Notes: generated by a model not told the origin, from the letters alone. Shown: positions 14,018 to 27,178, numbered from the stretch's first letter. The stretch: DNA of 64,000 nucleotides from Octopus vulgaris (GCA_951406725.2 OX597821.1:98704001-98768000), one strand, 5' to 3'. Translations and numbers: made by a program.

Positions 14018-14440
14018 GGCGCAGGAGTGGCTGTGTGGTAAGTAGCTTGCTAACCAACCACATGGTTCCGGGTTCAGTCCCACTGTGTGGCACCTTGGGC
14101 AAGTGTCTTCTACTATAGCCTTGGGCTGACCAAAGCCTTGTGAGTGGATTTGGTAGACGGGAACTGAAAGAAGCCCGTCGTATATATGTATATATATATA
14201 TATATGTGTGTGCATGTATGTTTGTGCGTCTGTGTTTATCTCCCTAGCATTGCTTGACAACCGATGCTGGTGTGCTTATGTACCCGTCACTTAGCGGTTC
14301 AGCAAAAGAGACCGATAGAATAAGTACTGGGCTTACAAAGAATAAGTCCCGGGGTCGAGTTGCTCGACTAAAGGCGGTGCTCCAGCATGGCCGCAGTCAA
14401 ATGACTGAAACAAGAAAAAGAGTAAAAAAAAAAAGAGTAA
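14018..14440 (+). mobile_element. Full-length tRNA-derived CORE-type SINE (octopus OR-like)
   Basis: A/B-box-like GGCTGTGTGG and GGTTCAGTCC, CORE-like GTGGCACCTTGGGCAAGT, central (TA)/(TG) tract and GTAAAAGA-type tail; many near-identical copies in the window. Confidence 0.9.
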
Positions 14441-15544
14441 TGTCGTATGACTCCGCAATATTCATGAAATTTCCAATCACTGATGTACATCACAACCTAA
14501 AAAATAGATATTGTTTGTAAAGGAAAGCAAACTTTAATAGCCCGGTCAAGATCAAGTGGAAAAACGATTGCGGGAAGTGTGGCCATCAGTAGGAGAGTGG
14601 GTTATGCTGTCTGCAACAGTGAGGTGCAGTATAGTACTGGTTGCTAAAAATTGATCACACTATACTTGGATATGAGAGGTCAAGATATGGCTCACTAAAA
14701 TGCCATTCCATGGGAACCAGGCCAGATGGTGGCATTGGTGGAACATCCAAATTCACTCTCTAGTGCTGTAGTATGAGGTTTGGAAAACTAAGTTTTTTTA
14801 TAGTGATGAAAGATTATTATTTGCAGCTAGAAATATCAAAGAAGCAATGATAGATTTCAAAAATGTAACAAGGACGACTGGGCAAATAGATGGAAAGAAC
14901 TATTTGGCCAATTTGTACGAGAAACTGAGGATGTTAGGAGTGAAGAATGATGATTGTAACCAGGAGATGGAGGCATGAAATAGGAAATAGAAAGGGAGAA
15001 AGTAAACTGCTTTTGCTTCACAACCATTTGAGAAATTTCAATTGCATTAAAAGAACAAAGGAAGCTGTAGTTGGTGTGTGGAAAGATGTAGTTTCTTTAG
15101 ACCAGGATAGAGGATATGGAAATGTTGGTCTGGTTTTCAAAATTAAGGCAAAATAAGGTGAGACAGGGTCGAGTACCATACTATGGAAATATATGAGCTA
15201 GTAGGATACAGAGGTAACATTGGTAGGGACATTGGTTATTAGCTCTTAGCTTTTGTCACAATATGAGAAGATGGTAAGGGCAGAAGTATCTGAAGACAAT
15301 ATGAATTCAGTAGAAATCTGTACAAGACCCCTGAAAACTACAGGGCCATTCTGGAGCTGTCCTCTGTCATGGGTGCAGAAGGAAAGGCAGTAAAACTGAT
15401 AGAATAAGACTGCTCCATGTGTGATAGTAAGGATAATTTGGGGAAATGAAAAAGTAAAGTGAGTGAGTGAGCAAGAGAGAGAGAGAAAGAGGAGGAGGGA
15501 GAGAGAATGAGAAAGGGAGAAAGAGAGTGAGTGGAGAAAAACTT

Positions 15545-15860
15545 ACCTTTTCCAGATTGTCACTTAAGCATTTACTAACAAAACCAAGTGCAGCAATTAT
15601 TATTGGTATAAATGTGAATTTATAGGTAAAAAAGTTGAAGGTTTCAAAGCAGTTATCCATAATTGTCCTCTTTCTCTTTGATTTTCAAAAAGATATTCAC
15701 ATCAGCAGCGCAACTGACCTCCAAGACACACTTTTTTCCTCTATTAATTTTGCACTTGGTAAAAGTTTTGTTCCACCAATATTCCTAGTGTTGATGTTTA
15801 TGTATGTATCCCGGTGGTTTCTCAATATTTATTCCAGGACGATCTTATTTTTCAGATGAC
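15545..15860 (-). mobile_element. R4/Dong-like LINE restriction-like endonuclease fragment
   Basis: LEVSCAADVNI..YKFTFIPIIIAALGFVSKCL C-terminal motif. Confidence 0.6.
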
Positions 15861-16888
15861 ATTGTTTTAGTGTCAGGATTTTGTTGGTTTTAATATCTAT
15901 GGAGTGGATATCTTTAACAGACCAGTTAGTTATGGGTGGTGTGATGAAAGTTACAATGCCCCCTTGCAAGAAATAGACTGATCTGAGTAAGTTCAGAGTT
16001 TGGAGTTGAGTGAAGTTCGTGTTAGTTCGCAGTGAAGTCAGAAGGTGTCAATTGGTTAGTTCACAAGGAATATTGATTGTTGCTTCGTAAAGAGATTTCT
16101 TAGTTCATTACATTGTTTTTACTCTTGTCTGGTTATCTTATTTATTATACATAACAAATCACATGACAACAATGGGTATTAGCACTAGTATTGCAAACAC
16201 ATTGAGGTATATTGTCATTGTAAGAGGAAAGTTCTGACAGTCACATTTTTCAAAACTCTGATGTAATATTCTCAGATCACTGTCTACATTCATAGCACCT
16301 TCATATATATTTTCATTAAAGCCTAGGTATTATTAGCATTCTTTGTGTAGGACGGGAGAGATAGAGAAAGACCATTGAAACACAAGATCTGAGTTGGCTG
16401 GACTAATTGCCTACATTCAACAATCGTATATGAGCAAATTTTTTGCCTAAATTCCATTTCTATGTCAGCTGAAGGAGTTGTTATTAACACCAGCTGTTTT
16501 CTAGCATTGTAATTTTCTTGTCCTTAGTCTCATAAGTGGATAATGGCAAAGTACCACTCTAAATAGTACCACACCTGCCACTTATGTCAATGAAAAAGAA
16601 TGATGGAGAGGAGTGGAAACCATTGTAGAGAAAAAAGAAGTAGGTTGATGAGTCTAAAACATGATAGGAGTCTAAAACATGATAGGGCCCTTTACTGCAA
16701 AATGACATGAGGTTCACAGGCAAGAGATGGGGAAACATGCTCCTCAGATCAATTCTGGGCTTATATATAATTGATAAGGGTATAATAGAGCTTATATACA
16801 AGTGATAGACACACAATAAGTTGTTGCAGAAGATCACACCAATAATTTACAATAGCACTCAGATGTTGAATGCAAGGCCAATGCTTAA

Positions 16889-17108
16889 CCCTTTAGCATT
16901 TAAACCGGACATATCTGCCAAAATATTCTGCCTCTTTTATGGTCAAACTGGCCAAATCCAACATCTTACACTTACCCAACAATGTCATACTAAAAAATTG
17001 ACAATCACATCAATGAAACCTTGAAGCCACAAAATAATGTATGAATAATTCAAGACAATGTGAATAAATAAGCATTACACTTGACAGAGTAACCTGGATG
17101 CTAAAGGA
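16889..17108. mobile_element. piggyBac-type MITE, degenerate
   Basis: TTAA-CCCTTTAG start; homologous to 21939-22157. Confidence 0.7.
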
Positions 17109-17437
17109 CTAAAGGTGCCTTTGGGTGCTCCCAGTTTCAATATAATGAGTAGCTGATATGTAGTAGATTCATGGACTACTCAGACCTGAGTTAAGCAGTA
17201 GATTCTCACCTAAATGAAGATGGTCCAACTAATTTGTGCTTTCATTTTTTAAAATTATACTTGGTTCCAATTATGTTTTTAACTTATTTTATATTTATTG
17301 TGTATTATCAAATTTTTAAATGTTCACAATACCACTTTCCTACCCTTCCTTCATTTGAAACAACTTTGTCCTGTGCAATATAGTTTCATAAATCCTACAA
17401 CTTCATGCTATATTTGTATGTAATTGTGGCTAATCTT

Positions 17438-17773
17438 CTATATATATATAGAAGAAAAATTAAAATACCGGATAAAAATTAAAAATGCCCCACCCCCCCA
17501 ACAGAAGTTGAGGTAGGCTGGATTGTAGCCATACTTCTGTACAAGAGAGAGGATAAGATACAATTGATTGAAATTGCAAGAGACGAGCTTACAATTCCAG
17601 TCTGTTATATATTTTGAGTATTGTTATCACTAGCGATATCAAGATATAACTTTGTATTTTGTATTTTATGTGTAGATGTATATATATAGATGTACATGTA
17701 ATATGTACACATATATATACACATATATACATGCACTAGCACTATAACCCGGCAACAATGGGTCATAATGCTA
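17438..17773 (+). mobile_element. Small non-autonomous Helitron-like element
   Basis: TCTATATATA start; subterminal ACCCGGCAAC..GGGT hairpin followed by CTAG|T. Confidence 0.5.
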
Positions 17774-17799
17774 GTAAATAATAATTATTATTGTGGTTG

Positions 17800-18232
17800 A
17801 CAGGTGGCAAGCTGGCAGAATCGTTAGCACACCAGACAAAATGCTTAGTGGCAGTTAATTCATCTTTATATGAGTTCAAATTCTGCTGAGGTTGACTTTG
17901 CCTTTCATCCTTTCAAAATCGATGGAATTAGTACTAGTTAAGTACTGGAGTTGATGTAATCAACTGGCCCCTTCCCACAAAATTTCAGGCCTTGTGCCCA
18001 TAGTAGAAAGGATTATTATCATTAAGGTGGCAAACTGGCAGTATTGTTAGCATGCTTAGCAACATTTCATCTGACTTTATGTTCTGAGCTGAAATTCTGA
18101 TGAGGTCAACCGTGCTTCTTATTCTTTAGGGATCAATAAAATAAGCACCAGCTGATCACTGGGGTCAATGAAATTAATTAGCCTTCCCAGCCTCAAAAGA
18201 TTTTAGGCCTTGTGCCTATAGTAGGAAGAATT
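17800..18232 (+). mobile_element. Two tandem Nin-domain SINEs
   Basis: Each has a GCTGGCAGAATCGTTAGCA-like head, GCCTTTCATCC-like domain and CCTTGTGCC.ATAGTAG..(ATT)n tail. Confidence 0.8.
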
Positions 18233-18240
18233 ATTATTAT

Positions 18241-19675
18241 TGTCGGACACTAGACTGATGGATCAGTTAAACTGCTTGGAGTCTGGTTTGGTCCTGAACT
18301 CCAGGTTGATAAGAACTGGAATGAGGTGGCAAACAGAGTGGCCAGTCTTACTCAGAAATGGGCTGAGAGGAAGCTGTCCCTGAAAGGTCAGGCAGAGGCA
18401 GTGAATGCCTACATTGCCTCTGTTATCATTTATCGCCTGACCATCATGCCTCGTCCCAGTTACTGCCTGACCAGGTTGGAGTATCTGTTACTTAAATTGT
18501 TGTGGAAGGGACATGTTCCAATGGTCAAGTGGTCAGTCTGTTACCAGCATCCTTTGAGTGGCAGATTAGATATGCTGTGACTCCTAATGCACAGACATGC
18601 TCTTAGGTTATGCCACCTGCAAAGATTTCTGGATGGTTAGTGTGTGGGGGCTCCGTTCATAAGGCTTGTCTTTCTATAGCACATCTCCTTGATGGAGCCG
18701 TATTCCTGGGTGAAGTAAAGACCAAGGATGGGTGCCTGGTACCTAGAATGTCATCAGGTGCTCACAGCCCTCCACCAGTCAGGCAGTGAGTTTGGTGGAT
18801 GTTCTGCTTTAGAAATATATAGAGGATTAGTGGTGGGGAAGTGCAACAATGTTCTCAGGGAGACTCTGGGTACCGACGTAAATGAACTGGTTAGTCTGTT
18901 CCGGGGGACTTTCCAGTCAGGAACGATCATGGATAATTTCCAGATGTCTTTAGCCTGGTAGTGCTACCAGGGGGCACTACCAGTTTGAAATAAACTCTAC
19001 AGGCATGGATGTGCTGTCAGATGAGCTTGTCCGAGACGTGCACAGAGTGATGAAACCATTCTGCACACACTCATTCAGTATCTGGGCATTGCTGACTTTT
19101 GGGGTTATGTCAAACAGTTGCTGTCATGTGTGGAACAGATCCATCTATCGGCCGAGTCTGTAGAGATGATTGCCCTGCTGCCCTCCTTCAATTGGGTAGG
19201 CAAGGCAGTTTTTCTTTGCCTGGTGGCTGTGGAAAAAGAGGTTGTTTGGTGAAAGGCATGAGGACAGATACATTCATCTTTGGTGGGGGAAGGGGAAGCG
19301 CTGTCTTCGAGTGAGTTTATTGAAAGGTGGATGAAAGTTACGAAAATGACAAGAGTGGATGATACCACTCTAAATGTAGACCTGTGATTCGGTGAAGGCA
19401 CTTGAACTAGGTGTTCTGGGAAATCTCAGACAGTGAGGTTCCTCAATTATCCTTAGAGGTCGTCATCCTCTATCAGGAGGGATACATCTCTAGCATCTTC
19501 CTCACTACCCTTTTTTTTAACCTTTGTATACTTTGTATGTCCCTTCCTTTCTATTGTATAGTGTTTACTTACCTTTTTTTTATTCCATCATTTCATTATA
19601 TGTAAACCCCCACACTTTATATCTGCCTCTGTATTGTGCCCCTCATCCTTCGCCCAAGTGGCAAATAAAAGAAAT
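18241..19675 (+). mobile_element. Tx1/L1-clade LINE, 5'-truncated, older copy
   Basis: WAERKLSLKGQAEAVNAYIASVIIYRLT and MDNFQMSLAW are homologous to the 56.0-57.2 kb ORF; ends AATAAAAGAAATC in an (ATC)/(ATT) tract. Confidence 0.9.
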
Positions 19676-19886
19676 CATCATCATCATCATCATCACCATT
19701 ATTATTATCATTATTATTATTATTATTATTCAGTAATTTATTTTTAATACATGCTTTCACTGTATCACTGAGCACAGGTCTGTGTGCCTTGGGTATGTAC
19801 TGTGGTTTGTTTTAGTGTTGTTATTTTTTCTGTATTGAAAGTGCTTTACATTGGACATGTGTGGTGCCTAGCAGTGCAATTTTCTG

Positions 19887-19922
<36 letters not shown>

Positions 19923-19951
19923 GTATGTATGTGTGTGTGTGTGTGTGTGTG

Positions 19952-20894
19952 TATTAGTAGAAATAAGGTACTCAGGAATCTGGATGGGCTTATATTTACA
20001 GATTTTTATTAATATGTCACATGTTTTTATAAATCATATATTAGCGCTTGCATCCACTCTAGTGGATTCTTCAGATTGAATTTTTTGAAGAAATTCGTCT
20101 CTTTTTGTAGTATTATTGAGTGTGTAGGGGTGGAGAGAGATATAGGATAGTAAAAGAGGGTGAGGAATGGGGAGAAAGTGAGAGAGAGTGTGTGTGTGTG
20201 TGCCTTTGTATTTGAAAGAAGTGTCAATAGAAAAGAGAAGGAAAGGAAAAAGGAAGAGAGAAAGAAGAAAAAATGAGTTTATTTCCATACAGCTGGTCAG
20301 TTCTTTCAATAGAAAGTGATTCTTGGCCTTTAGAAATGGCAAAACCAGGTGGCCACTCCATGGGGCGTTTCTTGTTTTGATAAAAGTTATTTTTCAAAAA
20401 ATTGTCTGGATTTCTTTTTATCATTGTCCAGTGAGAGAGTGTGTATGTGTGTTTTTTTGTGTGTGTGTGTGTGTTTTTGTGAGTGTGTGTATGTGTGCAT
20501 GTGTATGTGGGTGCCTGTGTATCTGAAAGAAGTGTCAATGGAAAAGAGAAGGAAAGAAAGAAGGAAGAAAAAAATGTGTTTACATCTATGCAGCTGGTCA
20601 GTTCTTTCAATAGAAAGTGATTTTTGGCCTTTAAAAATGGCAAAACCAGGTGGCTCTCTCTCTCTCTCACTTTATCCCCATTTCTCACCCTCTTTTACTA
20701 TCCTATATCTCTCTCCACCCATACACACTCAATAATACTTTAAAAAGAGATGAATCTCCTCAAAAAATTCAATCTGAAGAATCTACTAGAGTGGATACAA
20801 GTGCTAATATATGATTTATAAAAATATGACATATTAATAAAAATCTGTAAATATAAAACCATCCAGATTTCTGAGTACCTTATTTCTTCTAATA
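19952..20894. repeat. Inverted repeat (~240-bp arms) enclosing a ~150-bp direct repeat
   Basis: Arms at 19952-20188 and 20654-20894; inner direct copies at ~20197-20354 and ~20509-20653. Confidence 0.9.
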
Positions 20895-20959
20895 TATAAT
20901 ATGTGTACATCATCTCCAAACCTTCTAATATATATATGTATATATAGTTGTAAGTCTTG

Positions 20960-21430
20960 ATGTTTTGGTTATATTTTTTAACCATACCTAGTGCATCTAT
21001 TGTTATAAAGGTTATTTTTGACTTCAGGCTATACATTCGAGTTACTGCTATTTCCAGATCTTTGTATTTTAATAGTTTCTCTAAATCTTTCAGAGGTACA
21101 TTGTCATCTGTTGGGACTGGTATATTGAGTAGGAAGCAATTATTTCTTGGTAGTCCCTGACAGCAATACCTGGCCTATTAGCTTTGATTTCAGAATGTAA
21201 TGGCAGATGAAATATCGCTAAGCATTTCCCCATAGCAAATATTTTAAGTGAAATGTCTTTCATTAGGAGAGGGAGAGAATATGGTACTATATGTGTTATT
21301 TTTAAAATAGAGGAAGAGTAAGAGTCCAAACCCAAATAGTGCGGCACATCTGCTATAAGCCGGTTCCACAATATTTGAGGAGTAAAGGAGAAACTCAAGT
21401 GACACCAATGATGGTGTTGATCTCTGGCTA
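20960..21430 (-). mobile_element. R4/Dong-like LINE endonuclease fragment
   Basis: IKANRPGIAVRD..IPVPTDDNV..EKLLKYKDLEIAVTRMYSLKSKITFITIDALGMVKK across frameshifts. Confidence 0.8.
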
Positions 21431-21938
21431 GTAGTTAACATTTGTGACACAATATGGATAAGTAGTGAGCACAGATATCATTTGGCAATGTGTAGTTTGG
21501 GGACAATCAACATGGACATACTTCTCATCTAGCTGCAAGACCACAAAATAATGCTAGAAATGGGTCCTATAGAGAGTGCTGAAAGGAAAATCTTGAAACT
21601 CAGCGTTCTAGGTTGAAGATTCAACTGTTTCATAATTGGAAGCAAAACTCATCTAATTACTTTCTGCACAGAAAATCCAAAAGAACAAAAGCAACAACAA
21701 TTCATGGAATTTGTCAGTTCTACGGCTACACCAGACGCAACTCGTAAGTAGGCAATTGCAATTGTCCTGTCCCTATTAACAAGGGCAAGCCATAACCTGT
21801 GAAAATAAGTGGTGTCACCCACAGCAACAACAGCTAGTATCTAACAATTACAAACTAACTCCTCATAGGAGCACCACCCGTGCTCAAGGAAATTACCGAG
21901 AAGTATGTTTATAGAGCGGTTGTATACTGTCAACTTAA

Positions 21939-22157
21939 CCCTTTAGTATTTAAACTGGCCATATCTGGCCAAAATAGTTAATCTGTTTTATGTTCAAACT
22001 GATCAGATCCAGGCCCTCACACCTACCCTACAATGTTATTCTACATTAAGTAATTACACCATCAAGATCTTGAAGATATGAGACAATGCATGATTAATTC
22101 AAATCAATGGGAATCAATAGGCATTATGTTTGATTGAATAATCTGAACACTAAAGGG
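21939..22157. mobile_element. piggyBac-type MITE
   Basis: TTAA TSDs (21935, 22158) and CCCTTTAGT/ACTAAAGGG TIRs. Confidence 0.85.
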
Positions 22158-22419
22158 TTAACGTGACAGTCTCATAGAGGGAATTACACCGAAAAGCAAC
22201 GACAGCTGTAAAACTTTTGGAAGAAGTAATAGAATTTCTAAATTATTTCGAATCAAGAAATCTGAGATTAAAATTTCCTTTGAGCTTGCACAGATAGGAT
22301 AAGGTAGCAGTCAAAGAAATGAGGACTGCGCTACATTATAAGTACAGTGAAAACCAAATGAGGTTTGCACTAAATTATTGTTAGAAAACCATTATTGGCA
22401 CTGAATTACGTCTGCAGTA

Positions 22420-22641
22420 TCTGGCAGAATCGTTAGCACGCCAGGCGAAATGCTTAGCGGTATTTCGTCTGCCGCTACGTTCTGAGTTCAAATTCCGCTG
22501 AGGTCGACTTTGCCTTTCATCCTTTCGGGGTCCATTAAATAAGTACCAGTTACGCACTGGGGTCGATATAATCGACTTAATCCGTTTGTCTGTCCTTGTT
22601 TGTCCTCTCTGTGTTTAGCCCCTTGTGGGTAGTAAAGAAAT
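22420..22641 (+). mobile_element. Nin-domain SINE with Tx1-like tail
   Basis: CpG-retaining copy; ends GTGGGTAGTAAAGAAAT. Confidence 0.85.
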
Positions 22642-22896
22642 ATCGAAACAACTTTAGCAACTAAGGCGTTCTTGCCATGACCATTCTGCCCTTTTTTTTA
22701 CAATCAGAAACTATATTGTCAAATCTATCCATCATATTTAAGATGAGAGGATATTATTTTAGGCAGATTTGTTTGTAATTTCTTAGAAGTTGAGAGTGTA
22801 TATGAGTTCTATCATAAATAGAAGTTGTAGTACTATACTACCAAGTAACTAAAGTATAACCATAACAACTATCCTTCTACCATGGCTGTAGTTTAA

Positions 22897-23116
22897 CCCT
22901 TTCATTACTGTATTTATTTTGAGATGCTCTGTGTTTCTTCCAATTATGTTAAATATAACAAAGAATTTAGTAAAATAACTTAGTTATCATTCTGATAGTG
23001 TTAGGAACATAAATTGTGATTAAGGTTTGGTGGGAGATTTTAATTCAAAACTTATGAAAACAAGACATTTGTACTCAGAGCCAGAGCCGGTTTCAGCCGG
23101 GTTGGTAATGAAAGGG
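22897..23116. mobile_element. piggyBac-type MITE, second family
   Basis: TTAA TSDs and 12-bp TIR CCCTTTCATTAC/GTAATGAAAGGG. Confidence 0.85.
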
Positions 23117-23509
23117 TTAAACACTAAATGTAGCAACTATTATTGTAATGGAATGTTGGCATATCCTTTGACGAATGAACTATTACTGTATGAAGTAAAA
23201 TATAAAAGACATGCACTGAAACACGTGATCTTAGATACATTATACCTGGAAAAAAAGTGACAAAATATTTACTGCAACAACCAAGGTGTTTAAGTAAATA
23301 AGTATAGCTGAAACTAGATTTCTTATATGTTAAACTTGTAGAAAATGTAACACCTACAACAATATTAAGAAAAAGAGTCATGTGTAATTGTGATGCGGTT
23401 ATTGTCTCCATCATAATTACACTGTTATAACAAATGTCCTGATCTATTAATGCTCTCTTTATTATAAATGTTGCTATACAGATGAGATTTTGGTTTGTTT
23501 CACTTAAAC

Positions 23510-23807
23510 CAGTGCTTCCCAAACTTTTTACAGGCTGTCATCCCCCTAGACATCCATGCGGCATTCCTAGCGCTCCCGACAACTCACTATCACCACAAAC
23601 ATAGGCCACTTTCTGCCACAAATTTAAAACAATTGTATTTCACAAATAAAACTTAACCTAATGAACCCATTATTTTGTTGTTTATACATCCATTACATCC
23701 TTTTGGCCACTCCATCATCGCCCCACTTTTCTTCAACGCAGTCCCCATCCCTTGGATCTTTTCACCGCCCCCCAAAGGGGCAGTACTGCTCACTTTGGGA
23801 ACCACTG
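23510..23807. mobile_element. hAT MITE, 298 bp
   Basis: CAGTGCTTCCCAAA / TTTGGGAACCACTG TIRs; perfect 8-bp TSD acttaaac. Confidence 0.9.
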
Positions 23808-24199
23808 ACTTAAACTGTACTAAAAGCAATGAAGGAAACATTTCTTTAAAACAGACGATCTAATTTAATTAAACCATTGCACAACTATCCTATTCAAAGA
23901 TAGAAAATGTAAACAACATTAATGTCACTTAGGAAGTGACCAAGTAGCTTCCTGATGGATAATGTCCGAATATATATACAATCACATGCACTCGTGCAGT
24001 GACTCCCAAACCGATAAATACAAGTATTCTCTCAAAAAATATTAGGGAAGAGTTTGCATCCGTATAATTCTTACTTCACATTGTGTTGAACAAGTTTAAC
24101 TCCATCTCAACTTTATCAAGCATACTTAATTTGTACGTCCCCTTATTAATTTTAACAACCTCCAACTCTTATCAGAAACAGTGCACCGTGCTAGAAAAA

Positions 24200-24603
24200 A
24201 ATCCCATTTTCTATAGCGGTGTCATATGAAATTGTCACCCATAATTATAACCCTAGTATCGATCTATTGCATTTTAATCTATTTTAGATTTAGGGTTAGG
24301 GTTAGGGTGGGGGAAGGGTATCTTTTTTTCTTCACAAATGTAAATAAACCCAATCTGTTTCTTAAACGAGGGACATATTCATGCAGCACAGAATGTTGTT
24401 TACCTAAATGAAAGTCAGTGATTGGTTAAAATTGCTGAAATGCAAGAAATTAAAGACGAAATATGTTACAAACTATAGAATTTTCTCAATAAAGCCAAGA
24501 GAAAATGATGTTTTATAAACACATTTTACCAGTATACGAAGTTTAAAATATTTTAGTTACCTAGAAATTATGTTACAAACTGCCATTCAAACCGAAAAGA
24601 TCC
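24200..24603. mobile_element. Interspersed repeat containing a short TTAGGG tract
   Basis: 24420-24603 is homologous (inverted) to 34279-34455; (TTAGGG)3 at ~24290-24307. Confidence 0.6.
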
Positions 24604-25519
24604 GCCAAACTATATCAAAACGATTTTTAGAAGAAATCAAAAATATGCCATGACAAGTATTGAATAATTTATGCATTTTTATGGAAGTTGTATAAATACC
24701 TCGTTTATTTAAGACAATAGAATCCTTTAATTCACGATGCTTTTTCTTTTCTCTTTAAGATATTCCAACAGAAAGTGTTAACCTTTTTTATTACTTGAAA
24801 CCGAGATTAACATGAAGTTTAGTGGTTTCTAAGGGAAAAGAAACAAAAAAAAAACATGAAAGTAAATTCATCAGAAGTGTCATTCCATAATTTTATTTAA
24901 ACAATATACATGACATCGCCATTGTATGGAACGTACATGTATAACATGAATATCTCACAGAAAATGTATAGAAAATGAAAATGGTCACATTTATGCTGGG
25001 CATAATAGATGAAACGGACTACCACAATTGCTATTTCTGAAAGACTTAAGATATCTCTAGAAAGTGCTATACAAGTAGGTGCTTGTGGGCACAATGAGGG
25101 AGTTCTGTTTATAAAAGTATTTCACCAGTTCAATTTATGAAATAATGGTAAATAATGTTAATCGAAACCTAATTGTGGTTAAAGGGAATCAAGAGGTAAT
25201 AAGTGGATATTATTGCCAGGTTTATAACATGATTGAATCCATAGACACAGTCATCAGTTACTGACTATGATGATGATAATATTTAATTTCAGCCCAGTCC
25301 CACAAATATTTAAGAAATTAGTATAGTCTGATGTGTCACTCAGCATATAATTACTCTCTTGTCTTATTCCATTGATGTATTACTGACTTCAGTGAAACAA
25401 AAAGCAAACGGATTCGTCGGGATTTGTACTTTGCACGTAATTAAATACTGCAAAGTGTAATTGTGGGTATTGTTTCTGATTTCACATTCTGCTTGTATCT
25501 ATTTTCAAACTCAGCATAT

Positions 25520-26030
25520 TCTCACCACATGTACAAGTATCCGACTTTATTTTTCCTTGTCAAAACTAATGCCGCGTGACCAAAATCCTTTGGGTGGGAG
25601 GTGATGCATGTATGAAAATTTTCGCACCAGTAGGCTGTGTCAATTCCTGGGTGTTATGTCTAAGTACAGACTTGTAGTGCGCACTCATTAGATTTGCATT
25701 TTCATGCTAGATGACAGAACACATGGAGCAGATACCATAAACCCATGTCTCATCACCTGTGGTGATGGTCTTCATGTAGTCTGGGACGTGATATGCAGTC
25801 TGGCATGTTCGGAGCAATTTCTATGACCCTCTGCTTATTCCCACTTCCTGAACAATTTCCTGGATTGTTATACGACAGTTTTCCAAGACTGTTTGCTGAA
25901 CTTTCTCAATCGGTACCTCGTTTCGGCTAGTGGATGGCCTGCTTGAGCGTGCCTCGCTCTCCACTGAGGTGCAGATATGTTTCAAGCGGTTGTACCACTC
26001 CGTGATCTGAGTTTTGAACATAGCGTCATC
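25520..26030 (-). mobile_element. mariner transposase N-terminal (HTH) relic
   Basis: TQITEWYNRLK..SVESEARSSRPSTSRNE..ENCRITIQEIVQEVGISRGS. Confidence 0.8.
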
Positions 26031-27057
26031 TATAACTACAGAGATATGTTTTACCCACGCTTTCCATAACCTCTGTAACCCAATGGCTAGATCCTAGTAC
26101 TTTACTGTTTTCTTTATACGCCTCACATTGACTTTGTCATCATTTGAGACTGTAAAATCAATTATCCGGTACTTTCTATTTTCTTTATCTACTACTACTA
26201 CTACTGCTGCTACTGCTTCTGCTGCTGTTCCTGCATTAAATAGATTAACATTAATTTATTGCTTTCCACGTGGATGACATCTCTGAATTTGTTACACTTC
26301 CTGCAAGCTGAATCTATAAGCTGGCTTTGATTTCTACTCTTTTAATGATTTTCCCCCTTCTTTATTTGCTGAGTGTATCCATGACTTTTGTAGGCTGTCC
26401 AAGACTGGTGAACACGATTGAGCTTTCAGAGGTTGTGCTGAAATCCTCGTAATTTCTGCGCCCATATATGCATCACATCAGACAGGATTTCATTTTAATC
26501 AACAATATACTGTTTACTAATATAATTTATTGTTATTATAGACTATGGTATTGATCCAGTTGATAACTTTTGTTTCTCTATACCTATACATTATTGACAG
26601 GCAAGGACTTGTTAGGGTTCAAAACCCAAACAGAAAGTTATATGTTCTATGAACCATACCATTTTCACATGAACAACCTAAAAGTCGATCAATCAGCTTG
26701 AAACCATGTCATGGATATAATTTTGAATGTTCTTGAGATTCGCGCCCTTTTTTTATTACTTAAGTTGTTTGGCATCGTGATCATCCCTGAGCACTGTTAC
26801 CGCTTCAATCAGAACAGATCTCGGCTCTTACCTGGCAAGTCAACAAAAACTCCTCAAGTTTCGGTGGACCCCTCACTTTCCAGATATCTAATGGCTGAGC
26901 AAATACATGTAACAAGATGAATGTCTCAGGAACACTTGAGGGGTGCCTGTCTTATCTTGTCACATACAATTGTCGAAGGGAGAACCAAAATCTGACTGTC
27001 TTCAATAGCAATAAATAATACTTTATTTTCCGGGTTTCGCGAATACAAAATATATAT

Positions 27058-27147
27058 GCAAGTGTCTTCTGCTATAGCCCCGGGCTGACCAATGCCTTGT
27101 GAGTGGATTTGGTAGACGGAAACTGAAAGAAGCCTATTGTATATATG

Positions 27148-27178
<31 letters not shown>

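Larger units (their letters stand above)
13172..14589. repeat. Inverted duplication, ~430-bp arms (13172-13609 / 14162-14589)
   Basis: The SINE 3' half plus ~150-170 bp of non-SINE flank is mirrored (ctgatggccacacttcc.. / ..ggaagtgtggccatcag). Confidence 0.9.

Noticed and set aside
15541-15552. Strong minus-strand donor AAG|GTAAGT
   Set aside because: It lies at the edge of an R4-like LINE relic, with no host exon recognisable upstream.
24289-24310. (TTAGGG)3 as a telomere or fusion scar
   Set aside because: Only three units, embedded next to an interspersed repeat that recurs at 34.3 kb.
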